Assembly (NCBI GenBank): GCA_035654755.1
Contig: DASRWD010000013.1
Coordinates: 1 to 55,405, forward strand
Length of the DNA: 55,405 bases
Direction of reading: 5' to 3'
Source: Trueperaceae bacterium
GTDB lineage: Bacteria > Deinococcota > Deinococci > Deinococcales > Trueperaceae
Shown here piece by piece: positions 19,517 through 29,174 of the stretch. The notes beneath the pieces are model-generated. The model saw nothing but the letters and a program-made list of their open reading frames with translations, was not told where the DNA came from and made no database searches. How positions within the stretch are numbered: the first letter of the stretch is position 1; every line of letters starts with the position of its first letter. The position numbers and the translations under genes were made by a program.

Positions 19517-20185
19517 GTGCTCGCGCGCGGTTCTCATGTGTCACCTCGTCCGCTAAGCATCGCGCTGGCCGCGTGCGCGTTGGCGCTGGCGGCCTGCGCT
19601 CCCTCGGCCGTGCGCACGGACACGACCCCGACGGCCCTGGTCGTCGAGACGGAGGCGCCACCGTTCACCTCTCAGGTGGGTGAGGCCTCGTGGTACGGGC
19701 CCGGCTTCGCCGGGAGGCAGACGGCCAACGGCGAGGTGTTCGACCCAAGCGAGTTGACGGCCGCCCACAAGGAGCTCCCGTTCGACACACTCGTGCGCGT
19801 CCACAACCAGCACAACGGGCGCAGCGTCGTCGTGCGCATAAACGACCGCGGCCCGTTCAAGCCGGGCCGCATCATCGACCTGTCACGGGCGGCAGCCGAG
19901 GCGATCGGCATGGTCGGTTCGGGCGTCGCGCACGTGAGGCTCGAGGTGCTCACGCTGCCCGCCGGCATGGTGCGCGTGGCGGCGCTGGGAAGGCTGACGG
20001 GCTACGAGGCGATCTCGCGCACGCACCCTATCGGCACGCTGCTCGTGCTGGACGCCGGCACGCGGAAGGTCGTCGTGAGGGTCGTTAGCCAGGAGGTGCC
20101 GGCCGGCACCCCGGCGGACCTACTGGTCGGCTTCGACCTGTTCGCGGAGGTTGGCTCCGAGGTACTGGTCCTCTCGGACCGCTAG
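19517..20185 (+). CDS. rlpA: septal ring lytic transglycosylase RlpA-family lipoprotein
   Basis: Lipobox LALAAC. DPBB motif ASWYGPGFAGRQTANGEVFD...VVVRINDRGPF. GTG lies 5 nt after TAGCAT. Confidence 0.85.
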   Translation: MLARGSHVSPRPLSIALAACALALAACAPSAVRTDTTPTALVVETEAPPFTSQVGEASWYGPGFAGRQTANGEVFDPSELTAAHKELPFDTLVRVHNQHNGRSVVVRINDRGPFKPGRIIDLSRAAAEAIGMVGSGVAHVRLEVLTLPAGMVRVAALGRLTGYEAISRTHPIGTLLVLDAGTRKVVVRVVSQEVPAGTPADLLVGFDLFAEVGSEVLVLSDR

Positions 20186-20994
20186 ACGCGCCGTCGTTCG
20201 CAGCCTGCCCTAAGTTGACGAGCTAGCTCCCCGACGTCGCTTCCGTCTTCGAGCGCTCTTATCAGCGCCGACCCCACCACTACGCCGTCGGCCACTTCGG
20301 CGACGTATCCAGCCGTCTCCGCGCTCGCGACGCCGAAGCCGACGGCCACGTTCCTGGCGCCGGCCGCATGCGTCCGGCGCACGAGGTCGCCCACCTCGGC
20401 AGGCAGGGCCTCTCTCTCGCCCGTGACGCCAGTGACGCTGACCGCGTAGACGAACCCCGTGCTGGCCTCTGCCACGAGCCGTAGCCGCGCGTCGGTCGAG
20501 GTGGGGGCCACGAGGAACACGGTGTCGACGCGTGCCGCCTGCGCGGCCTGGATCAGGCTCGAGCCCTCGTCGGGCGGCAGATCAGGCAGGATCATGCCGT
20601 CGCCCCCCGCCGCAGCCAGGTCGGCGACGAACGCCTTCTCGCCACCCGGGTAACAGTAGATGGGGTTGTAGTAGGTCATGACGACGAGGGGCTTGTCCGT
20701 AGAGGACCTGAGCGCTTTCACGAGCTCGAGCGTCTCCGCGGCCCCACCGCCCCGGGCCAGGGCGCGCTCCGAAGCCCTCTGAACCGTGGGACCGTCCCCC
20801 AGCGGGTCGGAGAAGGGCAAGCCCACCTCGAGCATGTCGGCGTGGCGCAGCACCGCGTCGGCGGCTGCCAGGAAGGCGTCCCTGTCAGGGAAGCCGGCCG
20901 TCAGGAAGGCGACGAACGCCGCCCGGCCCTCGGCCCTTGCCGCGTCGAACGCAGCTTCCACTCGGCTGCTCGTACGTGTCCCTGGCTGTGTCAT
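20182..20994 (-). CDS. trpA: tryptophan synthase alpha chain
   Basis: 270-aa tail of track ORF 20182..22548. [18 protein letters not shown] motif. ATG overlaps the trpB stop (ATGA). Confidence 0.9.
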   Translation of the reverse strand: MTQPGTRTSSRVEAAFDAARAEGRAAFVAFLTAGFPDRDAFLAAADAVLRHADMLEVGLPFSDPLGDGPTVQRASERALARGGGAAETLELVKALRSSTDKPLVVMTYYNPIYCYPGGEKAFVADLAAAGGDGMILPDLPPDEGSSLIQAAQAARVDTVFLVAPTSTDARLRLVAEASTGFVYAVSVTGVTGEREALPAEVGDLVRRTHAAGARNVAVGFGVASAETAGYVAEVADGVVVGSALIRALEDGSDVGELARQLRAGCERRRV

Positions 20995-22241
20995 GACGCG
21001 CGCTCCGCACCGGCGGCCCGGCCGCCGCGCAGGCGGCTGACCTCCGCCACGTCCTTGTCGCCGCGGCCCGAGAGGTTCACCACCATCACCTTGCCGGTGC
21101 CCAGCTCGCGTGCCAGCCGGACGGCGTGCGCGCTCTCCAGCGCCGGCACGATGCCCTCCGTGCGGGCCAACAGCTCGAAACCGTCCAACGCCTCTTCGTC
21201 TGTCACCGCCACGTACTCCGCGATGCCCGTGTGCGCGTAGTGGCTGTGCTCGGGCCCCACGCCGGGGTAGTCGAGCCCGGCCGATATCGAGTGGGGAGGT
21301 GAGATCTGTCCGCCTTCGTCGGATAGCAGATGCATGAGCGAGCCGTGTAAGACGCCGATCTTCCCGCCGGTGATGCTCGCAGCATGGCTCCCGCTCGAGA
21401 CGCCGTGGCCTCCGGCTTCGACGCCCACCATGCGCGGCCTCTGCCCGGCGGGCAGGTATGCGTATGGTGCGAACAGACCGATCGCGTTGCTGCCGCCGCC
21501 CACGCACGCCACCAGGGCATCGGGCGTGGTCCGGCCCTCGAGCTTCTCCAGCTGCTGCATGACCTCGTATCCGATGACGCTCTGTAAGTCGCGGACGATC
21601 ATCGGGTACGGGTGCGGGCCCACGACCGACCCGATCAGGTAGTAGGTGTTCCTGACGTTGGTGACCCACTCGCGGATCGCCTCGTTCGTGGCGTCCTTGA
21701 GCGTGCGGGTGCCGCTCGTGACGCTCACGACCTCGGCCCCCAGGAGGCGCATGCGGTAGACGTTGAGCTCTTGCCGGCGCACGTCCTCCTCGCCCATGTA
21801 GACGACGCACTCGAGCCCGAACAGCGCGGCGGCCGTCGCGGAAGCGACGCCGTGCTGTCCCGCTCCAGTCTCGGCAACGATGCGGGTGTGACCCATGCGC
21901 CGGGCGAGCAGCGCCTGACCGACCGTGTTGTTGATCTTGTGCGCACCGGTGTGGTTCAGGTCCTCGCGCTTCAGGTAGATGCGGGCGCCGCCGGCGTGTG
22001 TCGTGAGGTTCTCGGCGAAGTACAGAGCGGAGGGCCGGCCAACGTACTCGCGCAGCACCTCGGCGAGATCCGCCAGGAAGGCGGGATCCGTCTTGGCCTC
22101 GCGATAGGCGGCCTCGAGGACCTCGAGAGCGGGGATGAGCGTCTCCGGTACGTACCGGCCCCCGAAGGTGCCGTAGCGTCCGCGGGCGTCGGGTAGCGGG
22201 AAGTCGGGCAGCCCGTGCCTTCGCACGGCGGTCTGGCTCAT
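20991..22241 (-). CDS. trpB: tryptophan synthase beta chain
   Basis: [12 protein letters not shown] and [11 protein letters not shown] (PLP lysine) motifs. Confidence 0.95.
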   Translation of the reverse strand: MSQTAVRRHGLPDFPLPDARGRYGTFGGRYVPETLIPALEVLEAAYREAKTDPAFLADLAEVLREYVGRPSALYFAENLTTHAGGARIYLKREDLNHTGAHKINNTVGQALLARRMGHTRIVAETGAGQHGVASATAAALFGLECVVYMGEEDVRRQELNVYRMRLLGAEVVSVTSGTRTLKDATNEAIREWVTNVRNTYYLIGSVVGPHPYPMIVRDLQSVIGYEVMQQLEKLEGRTTPDALVACVGGGSNAIGLFAPYAYLPAGQRPRMVGVEAGGHGVSSGSHAASITGGKIGVLHGSLMHLLSDEGGQISPPHSISAGLDYPGVGPEHSHYAHTGIAEYVAVTDEEALDGFELLARTEGIVPALESAHAVRLARELGTGKVMVVNLSGRGDKDVAEVSRLRGGRAAGAERAS

Positions 22242-22244
22242 GGG

Positions 22245-23312
22245 TCAGGAGTCTACGCCGGTGAGCGCCGCGAGGTCGGAAGGGGGGAGCGTGAGCGGCT
22301 TGGCTGGCGCTGCGGCGCCGCGTTCCCGGAGCCGTTCGAGTAGCTCCCCGGCGGAGACGACGACCGTATCCTCCAGCCAGCCGAGCGAACGCGCGAGGAT
22401 GCCGAGAACGAGACGCGGGTCCGTGCCCGCGCCGTGGAGCTCGTGCAGCGAAAGGGCGCCACCGCGCTTGGAGAGCTTGGAACCGTCCGGTGCCAGCAGC
22501 AGGCCGACGTGCGCGTACTTCGGTCGGGGCCAGCCGAGCGCGTCGCACAGGAGAGCCTGGGCCGCGGTGCTGGACAGGAGGTCAGCGCCCCTGGCCACTT
22601 CCGTCATCCCCATCAGCGCGTCGTCCACGACGACGGCGAGCTGGTAGGCGACCTGCCCGTCCGCGCGCCTGACGACGAAGTCGCCGACCTCCCTCTGCAG
22701 GTCCACTACGACGTCTCCTTGCACGGCGTCGCGGAAGACTACGGTACCGGTCGGAACACGGAACCTGAGGCTCGGCGCGCGACCCGCTCGCCGCCTCTCC
22801 GGCGCCAGCTCCGCGTTCAGCTCGCGTTGGGCCTTGCCGTACACGCGAGCGCTCTGTTCGCCCTGGCCCTCGCCGGCGTCGTCGACGCCCTCGTCACCGC
22901 TCGACGCGTCGGCGATCTCGCGCCGTGACAGGAAGCATTCGAAGAGGTGGCCGGCCTCCGCCAGGCGGGTCAGCGCCACCTCGTAGAGCGCAAGTCGTTC
23001 CGACTGCATGTACGGTCCGAACGGGCCGCCCACGTCCGGCCCCTCGTCCCAATCGAGACCCAGCCACGCCAGCTCGTCGAGGTTGCCGACGACGGCCTCC
23101 GGGCGCGTGCGCTGGGCGTCCAGGTCCTCGACGCGCATGACGAACGCGCCTCCCACCGCCCGAGCGCGGCCCCAGGCGAACAGCGCCGTTCGAGCGTTGC
23201 CCAGGTGCAGCCAGCCGCTCGGTGAGGGCGCGAAGCGGCCCCGGTAGGCACCTGACTGTCGTGATGTCCGGCTCACGGCCGCGTCGCCCGGGTTCGCGCG
23301 CGGCGCGGCCAT
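22245..23312 (-). CDS. gluQ: glutamyl-Q tRNA(Asp) synthetase-like class I aaRS catalytic-domain protein
   Basis: GRFAPSPSGWLHLGNARTAL (HIGH-type) and KLSKR (KMSKS-type) motifs, with no anticodon-binding domain. ATG 23312 was chosen because it lies downstream of the sucD stop. Confidence 0.7.
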   Translation of the reverse strand: MAAPRANPGDAAVSRTSRQSGAYRGRFAPSPSGWLHLGNARTALFAWGRARAVGGAFVMRVEDLDAQRTRPEAVVGNLDELAWLGLDWDEGPDVGGPFGPYMQSERLALYEVALTRLAEAGHLFECFLSRREIADASSGDEGVDDAGEGQGEQSARVYGKAQRELNAELAPERRRAGRAPSLRFRVPTGTVVFRDAVQGDVVVDLQREVGDFVVRRADGQVAYQLAVVVDDALMGMTEVARGADLLSSTAAQALLCDALGWPRPKYAHVGLLLAPDGSKLSKRGGALSLHELHGAGTDPRLVLGILARSLGWLEDTVVVSAGELLERLRERGAAAPAKPLTLPPSDLAALTGVDS

Positions 23313-23334
23313 GAGCCGGGGAAGAGCGCGAGCC

Positions 23335-24267
23335 TCAGCCGCGGCGGCGTATCGCCTCGAGAACAGCGTCACCCATGTCGGAGGGCGTTCGGGCGACGAC
23401 GGCCCCCGCACCCTCCAGGGCCGCGATCTTCTCCGCCGCCGTGCCCTTGCCGCCCGAGATGATCGCGCCGGCGTGGCCCATGCGCTTGCCCGGAGGTGCC
23501 GTCGTGCCGGCTATGAACGAGGCGACGGGCTTACGCATGTGGGCGTTCATCCACTGTGCCGCGTCCTCCTCGGCGTTACCGCCGATCTCGCCGATCATCA
23601 GCACCGCCTCCGTAGACGGGTCCTCGTTGAACAGCTCCAGCACGTCGATGAAGCTCGTGCCGTTGACCGGGTCGCCCCCGATGCCGACGGCGAGCGTCTG
23701 TCCCAGGCCGTTGTCGGTCAGCTGCTTGACCCCCTCGTACGTGAGGGTCCCGGAGCGGCTCACGACTCCGACCTTTCCCGGCTTGTGGATGTAGCCGGGC
23801 ATGATGCCGATCTTGCACGCCTTGGGCGCGGTGAGGCCGGGGCAGTTGGGGCCGATGAGCCGGGTGGCCTTGCCTTCGAGGAAGCGCTTCACCGTGACCA
23901 TGTCCATGATCGGGATGCCCTCGGTTATGGCGACGACCAGCTCCACGCCGGCGTCCGCTGCCTCCATGATGGCGTCGGCGGCGAAGGGCGGAGGCACGAA
24001 GACCACGCTGGCGTTCGCGCCAGTCTGCGCGACGGCCTCGGCGACCGTGTCGAAGGAGGGCAGGTCGACCGAGTAGGTGTCGGCCCGACCGGGGACGCCG
24101 GTGTGGTCGGTCTCGCCCTCGAAGTGGACGCTCTGGCCGCCCTTGCCGGGCCTCACCGCCGCCACGACGTTGGTGCCGTAGGCGATCGACTTGTCCGTGT
24201 GGAAGGTGCCGGCGCCGCCCATGCCCTGTACCAGCAGGCGCGTCTCCGTGCCGATGAGCACGCTCAT
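23335..24267 (-). CDS. sucD: succinate--CoA ligase subunit alpha
   Basis: [14 protein letters not shown]...[10 protein letters not shown] motifs. ATG overlaps the sucC stop (ATGA). Confidence 0.95.
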   Translation of the reverse strand: MSVLIGTETRLLVQGMGGAGTFHTDKSIAYGTNVVAAVRPGKGGQSVHFEGETDHTGVPGRADTYSVDLPSFDTVAEAVAQTGANASVVFVPPPFAADAIMEAADAGVELVVAITEGIPIMDMVTVKRFLEGKATRLIGPNCPGLTAPKACKIGIMPGYIHKPGKVGVVSRSGTLTYEGVKQLTDNGLGQTLAVGIGGDPVNGTSFIDVLELFNEDPSTEAVLMIGEIGGNAEEDAAQWMNAHMRKPVASFIAGTTAPPGKRMGHAGAIISGGKGTAAEKIAALEGAGAVVARTPSDMGDAVLEAIRRRG

Positions 24268-25496
24268 GCCGCCGCCCCCGCCAGCTCCACGATCTTGCGC
24301 GCGCCGTCCTTCATGTCCGTAGCGCTGATGACGTTGAGATCCGACTCGTCGATGATCTTCTTGCCCAGCTCGGCGTTCGTGCCCTCGAGACGCACGACGA
24401 GCGGCACCTGAAGTCCGACCTGCTTGACGGCCGCCACGACGCCGTTCGCGATCGTGTCGCCGCGCATGATCCCGCCGAAGATGTTGACGAAGATGCCCTT
24501 CACGTTGGGGTCCCTCGTGATGATCTTGAACGCTGCCGTCACGTTCTCCTCGGTGGCGCCGCCACCGACGTCGAGGAAGTTGGCCGGCTCGCCGCCGACC
24601 TCCTTGATCGTGTCCATCGTCGCCATGGCCAGTCCGGCCCCGTTGACGAGGCAGCCGACGTTGCCGTCGAGCTTGATGAACGACAGGCCGTACTTACCCG
24701 CCTCGACCTCTGCCTCGTCCTCCTCGCTGGTGTCCCGCAGACGGGAGACCGCCGGGTGCCGGAAGAGCGCGTTGGAATCGAAGCTCATCTTCGCGTCCAG
24801 TGCCACGACGTCGCCGCCCTCGGTGACGACGAGCGGGTTGATCTCGAGCAGGTCGGTGTCCAGCTCCTTCGCCGCTCGCGCCACCGCCTTGAGGAGCGCT
24901 ACGCCCTTCCTGTGGGCCTCCCCCTCGAGGCCCAGGGCGAACGCCAGCGACCGGGCCTGGTAGTCGGCCAGCCCAAGGAGGGGGTCGATCGCCTCGCGGA
25001 CGAGCTTCTCGGGTGTCCTCTCCGCGACCTCCTCGATGTCCATGCCGCCTTCGGTCGACGCCATTACGACGTTGCGGCCGAGCGAGCGGTCGAGGACCAC
25101 CGACAGGTAGAGCTCCGTGGCTATCGCCATCCCCTGTTCGACGTACAGACGATTGACCTGCTTGCCTTCTGGCCCGGTCTGGATCGTGACGAGAGTGGAG
25201 CCCAACATCCCGCTTGCCAGGTCGCGCACCTTCGCCTCTGCCGCCTCGACGCCTCCGTCGCGACCTTCGAGGACCACGTTCACGCCCCGTAGGCCCTCGT
25301 GCTCCTTGAACGTTCCCTTGCCGCGCCCGCCGGCGTGGATCTGCGACTTGAGGACCACGACCGGGTTGCCGGTCTCCTGGACGAGGGGCCCCACGGCGGC
25401 GACCGCCTCTTCGACTGTCGTGGCTGATCGGCCCAACGGCACCGCGACCCCGAACGGGGCGAGCAGTTCCTTGGCCTGGTACTCGTGGATCTTCAA
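24264..25496 (-). CDS. sucC: succinate--CoA ligase subunit beta
   Basis: [13 protein letters not shown]-terminus. TTG 25496 lies 9 nt after GGAGG. The longer track ORF extension has no homology signal. Confidence 0.9.
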   Translation of the reverse strand: MKIHEYQAKELLAPFGVAVPLGRSATTVEEAVAAVGPLVQETGNPVVVLKSQIHAGGRGKGTFKEHEGLRGVNVVLEGRDGGVEAAEAKVRDLASGMLGSTLVTIQTGPEGKQVNRLYVEQGMAIATELYLSVVLDRSLGRNVVMASTEGGMDIEEVAERTPEKLVREAIDPLLGLADYQARSLAFALGLEGEAHRKGVALLKAVARAAKELDTDLLEINPLVVTEGGDVVALDAKMSFDSNALFRHPAVSRLRDTSEEDEAEVEAGKYGLSFIKLDGNVGCLVNGAGLAMATMDTIKEVGGEPANFLDVGGGATEENVTAAFKIITRDPNVKGIFVNIFGGIMRGDTIANGVVAAVKQVGLQVPLVVRLEGTNAELGKKIIDESDLNVISATDMKDGARKIVELAGAAA

Positions 25497-25652
25497 GGTC
25501 TCGATACCTCCAGATGACGCCGGACCCTTCGTCGCGGTCCGGCCGAGCAGACAGGCTAGGTTACCGCGCTCACGTTTGACGGCCGTCACGTACCGGGCAC
25601 GCGTGTGGCAAGGTTCCTGTGGCCCGGATCCGGGAGCTAGTAGAGTGCCGCC

Positions 25653-26153
25653 ATGGTTAGGACCGCGATCCTGACCGTCTCCGACTCCGTCTCGGCGGGG
25701 CAACGCGAGGACGGCAGCGCTCAATCGATCCGTCAGGTTCTCAAGACAGGACCCTTCGTAGAGGTCGACTACCAGGTAGTGCCGGACGAGCAGGCGCTCA
25801 TCCGGGCGAAACTGCGTCTCTGGGCCGACCAGGACGGCGTCGACCTGGTGCTCACCACCGGTGGGACTGGCCTGTCGCGCAAGGACCGGACACCCGAGGC
25901 CACCGAAGAGGTGATAGAGCGGCGCGTTCCCGGGCTCCCGGAGCTCATGCGCTCGGTCGGTGCGGCCAAGACCCGCTCGGCCGCGCTGTCTCGCGGTGTC
26001 GCTGGAGTAAGGCGCAGTACGCTGATCGTGAACCTCCCCGGCAGCCCGGGCGCGGCTGCCGATTCTCTATCTGCGGTCATCGAGACGCTTCCCCACGCGG
26101 TCGACGTGATCCGCGGCACGCCTGAAACCTCCCCCGAGGCCTGGCACAACTGA
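25653..26153 (+). CDS. MogA/MoaB family molybdenum cofactor biosynthesis protein
   Basis: ILTVSDS...[20 protein letters not shown] motif. ATG lies 6 nt after TAGAGT. Confidence 0.85.
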   Translation: MVRTAILTVSDSVSAGQREDGSAQSIRQVLKTGPFVEVDYQVVPDEQALIRAKLRLWADQDGVDLVLTTGGTGLSRKDRTPEATEEVIERRVPGLPELMRSVGAAKTRSAALSRGVAGVRRSTLIVNLPGSPGAAADSLSAVIETLPHAVDVIRGTPETSPEAWHN

Positions 26154-26180
26154 GCCTTCACGCAATAGGCTAGACCGGCT

Positions 26181-26666
26181 TTGACCGTCCTGGCCTTCGT
26201 AGTCTTCCTCCTCTCGTTCCTCGTCGCTCTGGTCGGGGTGGTGCTGCCGGTACTTCCTGGCGCTCCCATCGCGCTCGTCGGCGCCGTGCTCGCTGCCCTG
26301 ATGCTGGGGTTCGAGCGCTTCGGCGTCCTGCCGCTCGTCTACATAGGCGTCCTCGTCGTGCTCTCGCAGCTCGTCGACGTCGCGGGCACGTGGCTCGGGT
26401 CCAGACAGTTCGGTGCGGGCCGTGCCGGGGTGTGGGGCGGCGTCATCGGCTCGCTCGTCGGCCTCTTCTTGTTCCCGCCCTTCGGCTTCCTGGTAGGAGC
26501 TCTCGCCGGAGCGGTCGTGGCCGAGTTGCTGGCCGGGCGGAAGTCGAAGGACGCGCTCAGGTCGGGCGTCGGTGCGTTCGTTGGCACGCTGGGCGGCACG
26601 GTCGCGAAGCTCGTCATCATGGTAGTGATTGGTTTCGTAGCGTTCCCGAGGTTCTTCGGCGGCTGA
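26181..26666 (+). CDS. DUF456-type integral membrane protein
   Basis: 161 aa with four or five hydrophobic G/A/V/L-rich helices. TTG start. Confidence 0.65.
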   Translation: MTVLAFVVFLLSFLVALVGVVLPVLPGAPIALVGAVLAALMLGFERFGVLPLVYIGVLVVLSQLVDVAGTWLGSRQFGAGRAGVWGGVIGSLVGLFLFPPFGFLVGALAGAVVAELLAGRKSKDALRSGVGAFVGTLGGTVAKLVIMVVIGFVAFPRFFGG

Positions 26667-26689
26667 GGGCCGCCCCAAGGAGCTGACTG

Positions 26690-27592
26690 ATGGATCCGAT
26701 CTTCGTGCAAGTAGGGCCGCTGGCCATCAGGTGGTACGGCGTCCTCATCGCGCTCGGGGTGCTGATCGGTGCGGCCTGGTCGCTGCGTGCCGCGGAGCGC
26801 CGCGGGCTGGACCAGGACAAGCTCCTCGACATGGCGATCTGGCTCGTGATCGCCGGGGTGGTCGGTGCTCGGCTCGTCTACGTCCTGACCAGCCCGTCCG
26901 CCTACTTCGGGCCCGGCGGGAACCTGCTGGACGCGTTCAAGGTCTGGGAGGGCGGCATAAGCATCCACGGTGGCGTCATCGGCGTGATGCTGGCCGCCTG
27001 GCTGTACTGCCGTAGACACGGCCTTGACGTCTGGGCCTACCTCGACGTGATGACGCCCGTAGGGGTCCTGGGGATCATGGGTGGCCGGATCGGGAACGTG
27101 ATGAACGGCACGGACACCGGTGGCCGCCTGACCGACCTGGGCATCGGCTTCACCTGGCCCGCGCCGGGAACCGAGACCTTCGGCGCTCTCGGCCGTGTCG
27201 TGTTCGGTGACCAGCTCTGGCGCTTCGCGCCTCCCGCCTGCGCATCGGTGCCCGCCGGAGAGCCGTGTGTCGTCCACTTCACGCAGATTTACGGCTTCCT
27301 CGTCGGCTTCATCCTGCTGTTCATCGTCGCGTGGGCCCTGCGGCGCCTCGACATGCCGTCCGGGAACGTGTTCTGGCTGTTCGTGCTGTGGTACTCGGTG
27401 CTGCGCAGCGTCATCGAAGAGCCCTTCCGGGACAACCCCCTGCCCTGGCAGGTCTACCTCGACCAGGAGGCGGGCATCGGGCTGTTCACGTACACGCAGC
27501 TGGCAAGCATCCCCATCGTGCTCATCGCCCTGTACCTCGTACTGACGGCACGCGAGCGGCAGGGCGCGAAGCGACCCGCACCCGTCAGATGA
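26690..27592 (+). CDS. lgt: prolipoprotein diacylglyceryl transferase
   Basis: IRWYGVLIALG...VWEGGISIHGG motifs. ATG lies 7 nt after AAGGAG. Confidence 0.9.
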   Translation: MDPIFVQVGPLAIRWYGVLIALGVLIGAAWSLRAAERRGLDQDKLLDMAIWLVIAGVVGARLVYVLTSPSAYFGPGGNLLDAFKVWEGGISIHGGVIGVMLAAWLYCRRHGLDVWAYLDVMTPVGVLGIMGGRIGNVMNGTDTGGRLTDLGIGFTWPAPGTETFGALGRVVFGDQLWRFAPPACASVPAGEPCVVHFTQIYGFLVGFILLFIVAWALRRLDMPSGNVFWLFVLWYSVLRSVIEEPFRDNPLPWQVYLDQEAGIGLFTYTQLASIPIVLIALYLVLTARERQGAKRPAPVR

Positions 27593-28344
27593 CCGACAGC
27601 GCCGTGGTCGTCCTGGCCGCGGGGGAGGGCACGCGGATGCGCTCGAGCCGGCACAAGGTGCTGCACGAGGCGGCCGGGCTGCCCCTGCTCGAGCACGTCC
27701 TCAGGGCCGCGGACCCGCTGGACGCCCGGAGGGTCGTCGTGGTCATCGGGCATCTGGGCGACCAGGTGAGACGAGCCTTCGCCCATAGGGCCGTCGAAGG
27801 TCGTCTGGTGTTCGCGGAGCAGCGAGAGCGTCTTGGCACTGGGCACGCGCTGGCGCAGGCGCGCCAGGAGGTGTTGAACGCGTTCGGTGAGGGCGAGGCG
27901 GGCACCGTGCTGGTGCTGAACGGCGACGGGCCCCTCGTGCGAGGAGACACCTTGCGCCGCATGTTGGCCGCGCAGGCCGAAGGCCCTGGCATGAGCGTGC
28001 TGGTGGCAACCGTTGACGACCCTTCCGGCCTGGGAAGGGTGGTCAAGGACGCGCATGGGCGGGTCCAGAGGATCGTCGAGGAGAAGGACGCTTCGGCCGA
28101 GGAGCGAGCGATCGCCGAGATCAACGCCGGCGTGTACGCGTTCGACCTCGGCGTCTTCGACCGCTGCGAGAGGCTAGGCTCCGACAACGCCCAGGGTGAG
28201 CGGTACATCACCGCGCTCGTCGACCTCTACCTGGAGGAGGGGCTGCCTGTCAGAGCGGTGCCCGCGGCTGCCGCCGAGGAGGCGTTGGCGGTCAACGACC
28301 AGGCAGAGCTGGCGGTCGTGGACCGGGCGCTGCGCGGGCGCTGA
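27589..28344 (+). CDS. GlmU-like N-terminal nucleotidyltransferase domain only (251 aa, no LbH acetyltransferase domain)
   Basis: VVLAAGEGTRMRS, KVLHEAAGLPLLEHV, LGTGHAL, LNGDGPLV, IVEEKDAS...EINAGVYAF and NAQGERYIT motifs match the GlmU uridyltransferase half. ATG overlaps the lgt stop (ATGA). Confidence 0.8.
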   Translation: MTDSAVVVLAAGEGTRMRSSRHKVLHEAAGLPLLEHVLRAADPLDARRVVVVIGHLGDQVRRAFAHRAVEGRLVFAEQRERLGTGHALAQARQEVLNAFGEGEAGTVLVLNGDGPLVRGDTLRRMLAAQAEGPGMSVLVATVDDPSGLGRVVKDAHGRVQRIVEEKDASAEERAIAEINAGVYAFDLGVFDRCERLGSDNAQGERYITALVDLYLEEGLPVRAVPAAAAEEALAVNDQAELAVVDRALRGR

Positions 28345-28380
28345 CGAAGGCCGGCACGCGGAGCCAGAGGACCCGGGGGC

Positions 28381-29148
28381 TCACCAGCCGGCTGCATCCA
28401 GGCCCTCGAGGACTCCGAGGCAGTGGCGCCCTTCGGCGAGAACGACACCGCGCACGCTTCGCATGTCGGACATCTCCGGCTCGTGGTTGGCGACCAGCAC
28501 CGCCACCATCCCCTCCGCCGCTGCCGTCATGAGCAGCTCCCGGTCGTTGCCCGAGTCGCCCGTAGCCACGACGTCGTGGCCGCTCAGTCCGTAGCGGCCT
28601 GACAGGTGGACGAGGGCGCTGCCCTTGGAGGCGTTGGGCGCCAGCACGTCCACGTACCTGCCGGCGGAGTAAACAGTGCGCGCCGGAACGGCTGCGTCCT
28701 CGAGCGCCGCCCGCGCGTCCGCGACCACCTGGTCGACGTCGGGTCGTGGTTCGACGAAGAAGCTGACCTTGAAGGCGTTGTCGGCCTCGGGGGGTTGTGG
28801 CTCCAGACCCGGCACCGGTGCCAGGGCGCGGCGGACCGCCTCCGCGTCGAAGCCGGAGGCCGCCAGCTGGTCCCGCCACACGGCGTCCGGCACGTACCTG
28901 CCGCCGTCCCAGAGGTAGATCTGTGTACCGACACCGCAGACGAGGCCGGCGGGACGGGGGAGACCGCCACCTTCAAGGACGGCGGCAGCCTCGAGCGAGA
29001 GTTCCAGACCGCGGCCGGACGACAGCACCAGCGCGGCGTCCGCTGCTCTCAGCCGCTCGCCCAGCCGGGCGGCGCCAGCGCCGGGCGACCCGGCGTCCAG
29101 GAGAGTCCCGTCGACGTCACTTACCAGCGTGCGCCTGCCGGTGCGCAT
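28381..29148 (-). CDS. sucrose-phosphate phosphatase-like HAD-IIB hydrolase
   Basis: 255-aa tail of track ORF 28381..30159. DVDGTLL and TGDSGND motifs. Starts 26 nt downstream of the SPS gene. Confidence 0.7.
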   Translation of the reverse strand: MRTGRRTLVSDVDGTLLDAGSPGAGAARLGERLRAADAALVLSSGRGLELSLEAAAVLEGGGLPRPAGLVCGVGTQIYLWDGGRYVPDAVWRDQLAASGFDAEAVRRALAPVPGLEPQPPEADNAFKVSFFVEPRPDVDQVVADARAALEDAAVPARTVYSAGRYVDVLAPNASKGSALVHLSGRYGLSGHDVVATGDSGNDRELLMTAAAEGMVAVLVANHEPEMSDMRSVRGVVLAEGRHCLGVLEGLDAAGW

Positions 29149-29174
29149 GAGCGTGGTGCCTGGGCCTTCGGCCC

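Noticed and set aside
20995-22548. N-terminal 518 aa of the 788-aa ORF 20182..22548
   Set aside because: This part overlaps trpB and gluQ out of frame and is Arg/Pro/Gly/Ala-rich. Only the last 270 aa (trpA), from the ATGA-coupled ATG 20994, carry homology signals.
25519-25543. 8-bp perfect hairpin GCCGGACC-N9-GGTCCGGC just upstream of the sucC Shine-Dalgarno
   Set aside because: The structure is real, but I cannot assign a function. There is no U-tract and no upstream gene on that strand. It may simply be a 5' UTR stabiliser.
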